Positions 52,153-64,000 of a DNA stretch of 64,000 bases are shown here, one piece after another. Numbering within the stretch: position 1 is the stretch's first letter; each line of letters begins with the position of its first letter. Both the position numbers and the translations under genes were made by a program. The stretch is from Cetorhinus maximus (lineage: Eukaryota), in the NCBI RefSeq assembly GCF_964194155.1, contig NC_135889.1, forward strand, positions 106,578,001-106,642,000, given 5' to 3'. The notes below the pieces were generated by a model, which searched no databases, was not told the origin of the DNA, and saw only the letters and a program-made list of their open reading frames with translations.

Positions 52153-53249
52153 AGACAGACTATTGAGTTATGAACACAGTCTTGCAGAGGGCCAAGCTCC
52201 CATCCCAACTGATTTCTGCTGAAATTCAGCACAAAATCTAGATCCTGGGTTTATTTTAATTTTGATTTCCACTCATCAGCGCTCTCAACTAACTGCAAAA
52301 TGCCACCCCAGAAAAATAAAGAAAAATATGTAGGAAAATCTCCAGCTCAGAGAAAAGATAGTTAGATTCCATGTAACAGTAACTCCTCCTGTATCAACCT
52401 GGAAGTGATCAATGTTGACACTTTGAACTCACTAGCTGGAGAATTGACACTGATGCACTCTACAGGCACAATTTTCCCAAACAGTGAGAAAAAACTTAAT
52501 CATGGAAGCATTCACCTAGCAACATCAAATGTTTCAGCAGCTGGTTTAGCGGCTGCCATTGTTGATGTTTGGATAGCCCATCAATAAGTGATGAGTGGTC
52601 AGTTTATTTTCTGTGTCTTATTGCAAATACAGTGAATGGTTGCTGTCCTTGCCCCATGAGGAGGGGACTCTATCCAAAATTTCACAAGGAGAAATAAAAG
52701 CCATGAATCTGACAGGGACGTGAGATGACCACTTTCTAATCTTGCCATCTGGTCTTGATTGCAGAATGGGTGGGGCTGGCACACAGGGTAAGGAAATGGC
52801 TTTAGGTCAATGTTAACAATGGGTCTCCCTCTTATCAATCGACACACATCTCTTTATCCAAGTATCAGTGGTAGCTTCTTATTGCTATTGCTATCTGAAA
52901 TGAGAAGGTTAAATGAGCTTCATTAGTGTCATTTTACTAGAAAATCCTAAACTAAAGTTAATTTAACAATGAGATTGGGGTTGGATTTTGTCCTGGGCTG
53001 CAGGGCTCCCCAAAGTCAGGGCCAACGTGTGTGCTGAGCCCACACTTGCTAGCAGTGAGACTGGCTCAGATTTCTTCCAGGCAACAGCCTCCTAAATGGC
53101 AGCCTCTTGCCATCCTATTAAGGATGGTGGGTAGGCTCCAATACTGCTGGCCCAAGCAGAGAACATACAGCTCTGCAGCCTCACCAGGAGAGGTAGGTGT
53201 TGCTGGGGCAGTTTGGGGGCTGTAAGGACATCGCAACATGGAGATGTCC

Positions 53250-56200
53250 TCAGGAGCAGTCCATGCCCAAATGCAGCAAAACCTGGGTAATATCCAGGCT
53301 TGGGCTGACAAGTGGCAAATAACATTCATGCCACAAAAGTTGCAGATGGTTACTGCCTGGCACAAGAGAGAATCTAACCATTTCCCTTTGGCATTCAATG
53401 GCATTACCATTGCCAAATCCCCCACTATCAACAGCCTAGAGGTTACCATTGACCAGAAACTGAACTGGACTAGCCGTATAAATACTGTGGCTACAAGAGC
53501 AGATCAGAGGCTAAGAATCCTGCAGCGAGTAACTCACCTCCTGACTCCCCAAGGCCTGTCCACCATCTACAAGGCACAAGTCAGGGGTGTGATAGGATAC
53601 TCTCCATTTGCCTAGATAAGTGCAGCTCCAACAACACTTAAGAAGCTTGACACCATCCAGGACAAAGCAGCCCGCTTGATTGGCAACCCATCAATAAACA
53701 TTCACTCCCTTTACCACGCAGTAGCAGCAGTGTGTACCATCTACAAAATACACTGCATAAACTCATCAAGGCTCCTCAGGCAGCACCTTCCAAACCCAAG
53801 CCCACTGCCACCTAGAAGGACAAGGGCAGTAGACACATGGGAACACCACCGCCTGCAAGTTCCCCTCCAAGCCACTGACTATCCTGATTTGGAAATATAT
53901 CGTCATTCCTTCATGGTCGCTGGGCCAAAATCCTGGAACTCCCTCCCTACCAGCACTGTGGGTGTACCTACACCATAAGACCATAAGACACAGGAGCAGA
54001 AATTAGGCCAATTGGCCCATTCCGTCTGCTCCGCTCTTCAATCATGGCCGATAAATTTCTCAACCCCATTCTCCCGCCTTCTCCCCATAACCTTTGATCC
54101 CCTTACCAATCAAGAACCTATCTATCTCGGTCTTAAGTACACTCAATGACCTGGCCTCCACAGCCTTCTGTGGCAATGAATTCCATAGATTCACCACTCT
54201 CTGGCTAAAGAAGTTTCTCCTTATCTCTGTTCTAAAAGGTCTTCCCTTTACTCTGAGGCTGTGCCCTCGGGTCCTAGTCTCTCCTACTAATGGAAACATC
54301 TTCCCCATGTCCACTCTATCCAGGCCTTTCGGTATTCTGTAAGTTTCAATCAGATCCCCCCTCATCCTTCTAAACTCCATTGAGAAGAGACCCAGAGTCC
54401 TCAAACCTTCCTCATATGTTAAGACTTTCATTCCTGGGATCATTCTCGTGAACCTCCTCTGGACCCTTTCCAGGGCCAGCACATCCTTCCTGAGATACGG
54501 GGCCCAAAATTGCTCACAATATTCTAAATGTGGTCTGACCAGAGCCTTATAAAGCCTCAGCAGCACATCCCTGCTTTTATATTCTAGTCCTCTCGAAATA
54601 AATGCTAACATTGCATTTGCATTCCTAACTACCGACTCAACCTGCAAGTTAAACTTAAGAGAATCCTGGACTAGGACTCCCAAGTCCCTTTGCACTCCAG
54701 ATTTCTGAATTCTCTCCCCATTTAGAAAATTGTCCATGCCTCTAATCTTCCTACCAAAGTGCATGACCTCACACTTGCCCACGTTGTATTCCATCTGCCA
54801 CTTCTTTGCCCATTCTCCTAACCTGTCCAAATCCTTTTGCAGCCTCCCCGCCTCCTCAATACTACCTGTCCCTCCACCTATCTTTGTATCATCTGCAAAC
54901 TTAGCCAGGATGCCCTCAGTTCCTTCATCTAGATCATTAAGTGAAAAGTTGTGGTCCCAACACTTACCCCTGCGGAACTCCACTAGTCACCGGTTGCCAT
55001 CCTGAGAAGGACTCCCTTATCCCCACTCTCTGCCTCCTGCCAGACAGCCAATCTTCTATCCATGCTAATACCTTGCCTCTAACGCCATGGGCTCTTATCT
55101 TACTGAGCAGCCTCCTGTGTGGCACCTTGTCAAAGGCCTTCTGGAAGTCCAAGTAGATAACATCCATTGGCTCTCCTTTGTCTAACCTACTTGTTACCTC
55201 CTCAAAGAATCCTAACAGATTTGCCAGGCATGACCTCCCCTTGATGAAACCATGCTGACTTTGCCCGATTTTACCATACACTTCCAAGTATTCTGAAATC
55301 TCATCCTTAATAATGGACTCTAAAATCTCACCAACGACCGAGGTCAGGCTAATCGGCCTGTAATTTCCTGTCTTTTGCCTCACTCCCTTCTTAAACAGGG
55401 GGGTTACATTAGCGATTTTCCAGTCCTCTGGGACCCTCCTTGACTCCAGTGATTCCTGAAAGATCACCACTAACGCCTCCACTATCTCTTCAGCTATCTC
55501 CTTCAGAACTCTGGGGTGTAATCCATCTGGTCCAGGTGATTCATCCACCTTCAGACCTTTCAGTTTTCCTAGCACCTTCTCCTTGGTAATGGCCACCATA
55601 CTCACCTCTGCCCCCCGACTCTCTTGAACTTTGGGGATGTCACTCGTGTCTTCCACTGTGAAGACTGACGCAAAGTATCTATTCAGTTCCTCCGCCATTT
55701 CTTTGTTCCCCACAACTACTTCTCCAGCGTCATTTTCCAGCGGCCCAATGTCCACTTTTGCCTCTCTCTTACCCTTTATATATCTAAAAAATCTCATGCA
55801 ATCTTCTTTTATATTACTGGCTAGTTTACCCTCATATTTAATCTTCTCCCTCCTTATTTCTTTTTTAGTTGTCCTCTGTTGGTCTTTGTAGGCTTCCCAA
55901 TCCCCTGGTTTCCCACTGCTCTTCGCCGCATTGTACGCTTTCTCTTTAGCTTTTATGCTGTCCCTGACTTCCTTTGTCAGCCATGGTTGCCTCGTCCTCC
56001 CTTTAGTATGCTTCTTCTTCCTAGGGTTAAATTTTTGCTGTGTCTCCCAAATTACTCCCAGAAACTCCTGCCATTGCTGTTCCACTGTCTTTCCTGCTAG
56101 GCTCATCTCCCAGTCAATTCTGGCCAGCTCCTCCCTCATGCCTCTGCAGTTGCCTTTATTCAACTGTAATACCGTTACATCTGATTCCAGCTTTTTCTTC

Positions 56201-56310
56201 TCAAATTGCAGGGTAAATTCTATCATATTACACCACAGGGACTGCAGCGCTTCAAGGGAAATTAAGGATGGCAATTAATGTTGGCCTGGCCAGCGACTCT
56301 CACATCCCAT
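53250..56310 (+). mobile_element. CR1/L2-group LINE 3' portion, split by a younger CR1 (53250-53975 and 56229-56310)
   Basis: MQQNLGNIQAWADKWQITF...IYKAQVRGV; sequence resumes after the insertion through ggcctggccagcgactctcacatccc. Confidence 0.82.
53976..56228 (-). mobile_element. Young 5'-truncated CR1 LINE with near-intact RT
   Basis: ORFs 54964-56274 and 54060-54983 (YLDFQKAFDKVPH, SGVPQG, KFADDTK, RPHLEYC), split by one frameshift; (tcttatgg)n tail; TACACCA at 53969-53975 and 56229-56235. Confidence 0.96.
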
Positions 56311-58315
56311 AAATACATTTTTTAAAAAGCATGGATCTAAAATAAAAATTACGAAGGCCGCTCAGAGCAGAGGGGAACCCTCTCTGGGTGAATTGGTTGG
56401 GCTGCAGGTGTGGCCTCTCCTGTCTGTGACCCCCTCTTTGGGGCAAGGAGCCTCCAGCTCCAATGATTACCCCCCACCCTCCAAACAACCTGCCACATGG
56501 AGGCAGCCTCCTCATTCAACTGGGTTTTTGGGAGGGGGAGTTGGTGGAGGGGGCAATTGGTCTGCAGGTGGCAAAATGCCACTAGGGTGCAAAATTCCCC
56601 TAACTAGAACCTTAAGCATCTTAACTGTTTTCCCACCTCTGTCCTGATCCAGCTCCCCCAGTTTTCCAGTCCCCCTGCCTCCAAGCCTGCCAACATGCAG
56701 CCGGGAAAATTCAGCCCTTGAATTCCACAGATGTCCTGCTATGGAATGCACAAACACGCTGGCCCCAAGTTTAACATATTTCAAGATTGGAAAAATGGTG
56801 AAACAAATAAATGATATTTTATCATTTGTTGGTGCACTTTATTGATGGAATTTTTGCCTTTATTTTGGATACAAAGAGCCTGAGAATGCTGCTAATCCTA
56901 ACCCCACCATCCCCACCGCCTCCCCACCCCACCTGGTGCAAACTGGGCATTGGCAGTTAAAATACCAACTCATTACCACTTCACTCTGGCTACAAAATGC
57001 TTGATTATGAGATACCGCCGCTGTGCAGTCACCAACCGTGAGGACTTTGCACCAGAGGCCAAGGAACTCATGGCTGGTTGACTGAAAGTAAAGACATCTG
57101 AATGCTCCGCATGCACAACCTGCTTTATTTCTTTAATCCTGAATCAACAGCAGCAACTCTTAGGAGGTCAATTGCCCATTCTGGAAGACACTCAATTAAT
57201 CCAGAGGCTTTACAACCAAGCAATGCCCCCCCGCCCCCAACCAGGCTGTTAGCCAACATCAGTAACACATATCCAGTCATTTATCCAATTTATCTGTAGG
57301 GCTCTGCTGTATGCAACTTGCTGCATTTCCTTACCTCACAATGGTTACAGCAATTGGAAAGTATTTCATTAGATGTGAAGAACAATGGGTTATACTTGAG
57401 TTCATGAAAGGCATTATATCAAAGCTTGTCCTTTCTTCTTTCTACTTTCCAAAGGCACCTACAAGCCACAAAGCAATTTCTCCACCTTCCAACTGCAAAG
57501 CACTTGGCCTCCAATCAGCCTCTTCTCATAGCGGTATTATGTAGATTAGGAATATGCCATTTGAAGAATTACAGCCCTGAACAGGATAACTTTCTTTAAC
57601 CAGATAATTGAAGAAGCTTCTCCATTTCATTACTTAGCTGCTAGAAGATAATGTACATTAATTTAACATCATTCCTTCAAAAGAGAAAACAAATTTTAAA
57701 TGATTCACGCAGGAAACTAATTTAAGTGGGATTATTGAGGCCCCTTGGGGGAATCTGGCTGTGTGATATTGTGGAATAGAAGCGTAAACGCTGGAATGTG
57801 TTCTGTGTGCAGGCTATCAACGCTTAATTACAAAGTTGTTTGGCACATTTTTTTTTCCCCCTCTTAGTTTGCCGGAACAAATGTTATAATGCATTATTAA
57901 AAACTTGCGGCATCCACTTTTAGCTGTTTTTAAATATTGACTGAAGCATTTGCAAACTAAAAGGAAATGGTGTTAACACAGCTGTCCTGTTTGAACCTTT
58001 TCCATTTGCTGTGTGTTTTCAGCACCATTCAGCTGAAAAAGAATCCATTCAGGGTAAAGAATAATGCGAATACTTCCCAGCTCGAGGACTGCAATAATTT
58101 CTTTAATTTGAAGGTCTATGGTCCAAGTTCCCACCCATAATTAAGCTACAGTCATGACTTTCAAAGGTGATTCATAGATCCTGTAGGTATTTTCCACTGC
58201 AGCAAGAAGGTTATTTTCCCCTCAAATTACTGCCACTATTTAGATACATTGTTCTCTGACAAAGTGCACAATTCTTTGCTCTTTTCACACAAGCATGCCC
58301 ACTTAGCTGGTTGGG

Positions 58316-59545
58316 CCATAAGATGTAGGAGCAGAAGTAGGCCATTCAGCTGATTGAGTCTGCTCCACCATTCAATGAGATCATGGCTAATCTGATAATC
58401 CTCAACTCCACTTTCCTGCCTTTTCCCCATAACTCTCGATTCCCTTACTGATTAAAAATCTGTCTATCTCAGCTTTGAATATACCTAACGACCCAGTCTC
58501 TACAGCCCTCTGCAGTAAAGAATTCCACAGATTCACCACCTTCTGAGAGAAGAAATTCCTCCTCATCTCTATCTTCAATGGGCAACCCCTTACTCTGAAG
58601 TTATGCCGTCTGGTCCTAGACTCTCCCACAAGGGGAAACAACCTCTCAGCATCTACCCTGTCAAGACCCCTAAGAATCTTAGATGTTTCAATAAGGTCGC
58701 CTCTCATTCTTCTAAACTCCAGGCCCAACTTACTCAACCTCTCCTCATAAGAAAATCCCTCCATACCCGGGATCAACCTAGTGAACCTTCTCTGGACTAC
58801 CTCCAATGCCAGCATAACTTTCCTTAGATAAGGGGACCAAAACTGTTCACAGTATTCTAGGCATGGTCTAACTAGTGCCTTCTGTAGCTCTAGCAAGACT
58901 TCCCCATTTTTATATTCCATTCCCTTTGAAGTAAAGGCCAAAATTCCATTTGCCTTCCCTATTACCTGTTGAACTTGTATGTTAGCTTTTTGGGATTCAT
59001 GCACAAGGACTCCCAATCCCTCTGCAGCCTTCTGCAGTCTTTCCCATTTAAATAATATTCAGCTCCTCTTTTCTTGCTGCCAAAGTGCATAACCTCACAT
59101 TTTCCCACGTTATTCCATCTGCCAAGTTTTTGCCCATTCACTTAACCTGTCTATATCCCTCTATAGACTTCTTGTGTCATCCTCACCACTTCCCTTCCCA
59201 CCTATTTTTGTATCATCCACAAATTTGGTGATAGTGCACTCACTTCCCTCATCTAAGTCATTAATATTTATTGTAAATAATTGAGGCCCTAACACTTATC
59301 CCTGTGGCACTCCACCAGTTACAGGTTGCCATCCTGAAAATGCCCTCCTTATCCCAACTCTGTTTTCTATTAGTTAGCCAATCCTCTATCCATGCTAATA
59401 TACTATCCCCAACACCATAGGCTCCTAACTTATTAAGTAGCCTTATGTGCAATACCTTATTGAACACCTTTTGGAAATCCAAATATATTACATCTACTGG
59501 TTCCCCATTATCCATCCTGGTTGTTACCACTTCAAATAATTCTAA
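58316..59545 (-). mobile_element. 5'-truncated CR1 LINE, disrupted
   Basis: ORFs 59261-59575 (VDVIYLDFQKVFNKV) and 58402-59016 (ALVRPCLEYCEQFWSP). Confidence 0.92.
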
Positions 59546-60290
59546 TAATGGTTTTTTCTCATTGCAGATCTTCACAGAGGACTTCCATCAGCAGAAAAGC
59601 AAATATGAGGAATGTAGCTGTAACAATCCCATTCACTGTTCTGTTACCTGTTTATTATGTTTGATTTTGTTCTTAGGATGTAAACAAAGCCTACTAGCTA
59701 TTATTGGAGCCACACAATTGGAATGGTAGGCATGTTTTGCAAACGTTAGATGTAGGTGCCATCAATGAATATGGTTGAAAGACTCTCAGGCAGACTTGCA
59801 GAGTTTTGATTTCTTGCTGGTCTATAACCTTGATATTCCTTTTCCCTAAATCACTCACTGCTGAATTGCCAGTGTGTAGCTTCATAAAGGGAATTGCAAG
59901 TCATTATCACAATCCAGGAAGAAAAACCCTGGAGATCTCCAATCTCCCTTGAAGAGAATTGATAAGGCTCACGGGCTGCATTGACAGAACATGGCTTCTC
60001 TTGTGAAATGTCAGATAACACATAATTCTTCACAGATGTATATTAGTTAAGGACCATAGCCTAAGAATCACTATTTTGTTATTAGCAGACAAATACATAA
60101 CGGATTCATAAAACATTCCACTGTATCACAATTTAATACAGGTGTTAATCCATTTATTTTAAGTGGGTTTATTCTCCTAATAAAGTAGTAAGCAAATAAA
60201 TACTGTACCAATGCATGACATGTATATCTTCTGGTATGATCATTAGGCACCTCTCAGCTCATTCCCAATGAAAGATGTAAGGGAAATGAA

Positions 60291-61009
60291 GGCTAGGAAT
60301 TTTCAGGGTTTTTGATCATGAACTGTCACCATTATTACGCCTCTAAATCTGACCACAACTACAGGATTTAGCACAAGCGCAGATTAACAAGGACACCCTG
60401 ATGCTGTGGTCCATCAATCACTGCCCCACCACATGTTGCCCTGTGGATGCTCCATTGATAACCTTCCCTCTTCCACTCTCACATTGCTTCTAGAAACCCA
60501 TAATAAGTTAAGTCTTGTTCAATCACCGGGTTTTTAACAGTGACCTGAGTAATAATAACTGCTGAGCAATCCTGAAATAATAATTTTGTATTTGCACAAT
60601 GTTGTTAACTGCATGTAACATCATTATTGCTTACTAGAATTTTTAAACTAGATATTTAAATATTAAAAATAATTGAAAGTTTATTAATGACATTTCTGCT
60701 TCTATCTTAACCCCATGTGGTTGTCCTAATCTTTCTTTTGCTCTCTGTAAAACGTTAAAGTGATTTGATAATTATTAGTGCTTTTCATTTGCTGGTTGAC
60801 TGTCTGTGAGAATTCATGAACGTGATTGTTTATTGATGCCATCACTGCAGCCCCAAGCTGGGAATCCCCATCGAAGAACGTTACAATTTACTACACAGCG
60901 AGAGGAAGTAAAGTTCTCACCTCAGGAATTGCTAAATCTCTCAGCAAGGCTTTCCTCGAGGTCAGTGCTGAGTGCTCTTGCTTTACCTCTCACTGCAAAT
61001 TCTAGGGCA
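60291..61009. mobile_element. Old MITE-like repeat
   Basis: Approximate inverted ends ggctaggaattt / aaattctagggc; loose internal resemblance to 14850-15520. Confidence 0.35.
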
Positions 61010-64000
61010 TGTATTTTACACTGATATCATTGTCAGCAGGTATTGTAAAGTAAACAAGATGCTGAGAGTCACTTTGTGAGGCAAGTTTCGGAAGGTAAGC
61101 TGGAACCAGAACATTATTGGAAGGCAACATGAGTTATAGCAATAGGTCACTGTTCTTCACTGCAAGGCCCTCAAGCCAGTGGCGGCTCCCATCGACACTA
61201 AGTGCAGCTCCCCGGCTCCATCCATCCATTTTCAGTAACCACTTTATCCTCAGAGGGTCACAGCGAGCCGGCACCCAGCCCAGCATTATATTCTTATTTA
61301 TTTTGTTTTTAACATTAAAAAATGTGTACCCAGCCTATCAACAGTCAGCCTTCCTTCCATGTCACGTTGACCACATGGTATAATGTGTGCCAATACATAT
61401 ATCTAAGTATGTGCATTGTATAGTAACAGTTATATTGCCATAGCAACCACCATAGAACTAGCAGAGTATTCAATCATTGGTGTCGTGTATATTTTTGGCC
61501 CAAGTGAGTTACTGGGTTAGTAAGCAATGATATTTTAGTAATCGTTGTGGCTCTCTCACTGCAGGTTTTTTGCTAAAGTGGCCCTTGCTTGAAAAATTGT
61601 GAAGAAAACTGCACTAGGTGTTACATGCTGCAATGTGTAAACCTCAAATCAAAAATACAAGCTTTTCGAAATTTAAACACAACTTTGCAATCATAATCTT
61701 GCAACCATGCATATCTTTCAGGGTAGCCATTCTGTTATTGTGGCTTTATTTCAGGACTTGTTAGCTTCTTACTCTAGAAGAGATCTTTGCTGGAGGAAAT
61801 GGTCTTCTGTTGAAAACACATTTATTTACATACTACCTATTTACAAAGGTTAAGTAAGATTAAGACATAGCTGGAGCGACTCAAAGATCTGACACACTCA
61901 TCTTCCTTCAGTGAGTGACATCACTTTGATATAGCTCCTTAAGCACATGCTCAGTAACTATCATTAGAGTTAACCCATTATTCTGCGGGCATCTGAGCTG
62001 ATTTTTCCCTTTAATGTAAATTGAGTAAATTCTCAGCATTGGCAGTCTCTCAGCATTGAGGAATCCGGCCTGTGTTGCAATTTGAAATTCAAAATTTCGA
62101 CACAAACTGCTCAAATTCCCAAATGATTTATTAATAACAAAACACATTTAGACAACATTCCCTCTGGCTGTTAATTTATTGAGTGTTGGCATTTTCATGT
62201 GCTAATTATTACACAGCACAATTGCACCCCAAAATTGGCCACAAGTATGGCTGGTGTGGGAAAAGACATGTCAGTGACTTTACTGGTGCATAACCCATGT
62301 GACCTTGTGAGTAACTCGCTGCATAGTGATTTTAAGACCGTACCTACCCCATCTTATACCTATCCTGGAAACTTGTTTTTGTCTAGAAAAAATGAGTTGC
62401 AGTAACCAAAACTGATCAGCACAAAGCAAAAGCAGCAAAACACTCAACAGTCTGAGAGGAAAAAAAAGAGTCATCTGATTCAAAATACTAATTCCGTTTT
62501 TCTCCCGACAGCTGCTGCCAGACCCACTGAGCTTTTCCAGAACTTTCTGTCTTTATTTCAGAGTTCCAGAATGTGCAGTATTTATATTAACAAATATAAA
62601 AGAGTTGAAGTCCTAATAAACTGTTAAATTTCTTTATTTTATATCCATTGAGCCAAATTTGAATAAAATCATTTGTAGCTCACCCGAACGAAATTGTGCA
62701 ATCCTGGATCTATTAGAAAGGCTTTATTTTACTTAGTGCAACGTTTTTTGTAATTAATTAAAAGCTTTTCATTTTATGTTAACATTGTCTTATTGTTAAC
62801 TGAGTGTTTGAAACATATTGGAGCCCATTACATCCAAACCAATTCCATACCAATAGAGTTCCTACAGAACCAAAAAAGTTTGTAGTTTACAGCACAGAAG
62901 GAGGCCATGCATGTCTGTCTGATTCATTATTAAACTAATCCGAAATGAATCTCCTTTTTCCCCATATCCTTACATCTTCCTGTAACTGTTTGTAACATTC
63001 TTAAAGTCATATTTAAAAGTATTTTGCTGTAACACATAAGATAACCACTCATCTGAGCTAAATTATTCAGTGCAGTGCAACAAAATTAAATTAAGATGCT
63101 TTTTCCTAAATATTTCATGAAGTATAACAGCATTCCTCTATACCCCACAAGTCTGTATCTCTTTCTGTTGAGAACATTAAACTTGACAGAAATTAATATG
63201 CAAACCATTGCCCTTTCCGAACTTACTTAAATAACCCACAGCTCTAAACAGATTCAGTGTTTGAAGTCTGTTACGCAAAGCTGCATTCATCCTTGGCTCT
63301 GCCCTCAAAGCAGAAATGAAGCATCTGCACAATTTTCAAACCAATATGTGTAAAAGCAATTCACCTTCTCGGGTGCCCAGGAGACACTAATGTCTCTTAA
63401 GTTTCCAGAGCCCAAGCTCCTGTGCTTTCAGTGAATGTACTGCAGAGTTTCCCTCAAGGCTTCAGGACTAATGTGAAGCTGTCAGGATGATCTTGTGTCA
63501 AATATCAGCTCTTTCAGGGGCAATGCTGGGAGCACGTTCATTCCTGACATTTTTATTTTAATTGTAAATGCAAATTTTGCTGCATTCTTCGAGCTGTTAT
63601 ACAATTTTCTGGTTATTTTATTTAAAATATAGCGGGGACTTTGTGGACTGAAACCATAATTTCATTTATAGAGAGCGTATTAACAATTTTGCCACATGAA
63701 ACTCACAGAAGAAGTCTTGCTCTTGTGTTTAGCATTGGTTGCAGAATCATTAACAGTAACCGCTATTTAATGGCAAGAAAGAGCTTGCCTCTGTCTGGCA
63801 CTTTTTGTGGGTCAGGATACCCCAAACAGCCTCACACAAAAAGAAGTACCTTTGAACTTTAGCCATTATTGTAACGCAGGGAAATGCAGCAGCCAATTTT
63901 CACACAGCGAAGCAGCACAATTCAGATAAAGACTAGCAATTGAGAGTTGCCTCCCCAACAGATCTGACACTATCAGCCCATTGCTGTTAGAAGAGAAGGC

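Noticed and set aside
59560-59730. Acceptor-like site followed by an open frame
   Set aside because: Abuts a truncated CR1 end; no donor or homology recognised.
61217-61285. ccatccatccattttc... resembling a V-SINE or L2 tail
   Set aside because: Only about 65 bp; too short to assign.

Overview
Repeat-dense, AT-rich vertebrate intronic or intergenic DNA. The repeat families (CR1 LINEs, SacSINE1/Deu-type SINEs, short Penelope-like termini) point to a cartilaginous fish; this is an inference. No host-gene exon could be called with confidence. Main contents: (1) a PIF/Harbinger system, made of two full-length two-gene elements (6942-12258, 41582-46482; + strand DDE transposase facing a spliced - strand Myb/SANT gene), one element with the Myb/SANT gene but no transposase (22909-26137) and several MITEs with GGGCNGAATTTT-like ends and 3-bp TSDs; (2) CR1, L2-like and RTE LINE fragments, including an internally deleted CR1 that keeps both ends; (3) short Penelope-like terminal repeats carrying minimal hammerhead-ribozyme motifs, one as a foldback with a 19-bp TSD; (4) an intact 51-codon RPL39 retrocopy below the ORF-track cutoff; (5) an inverted duplication with ~590-bp arms. 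Family names come from motif recognition only; no database search was run.
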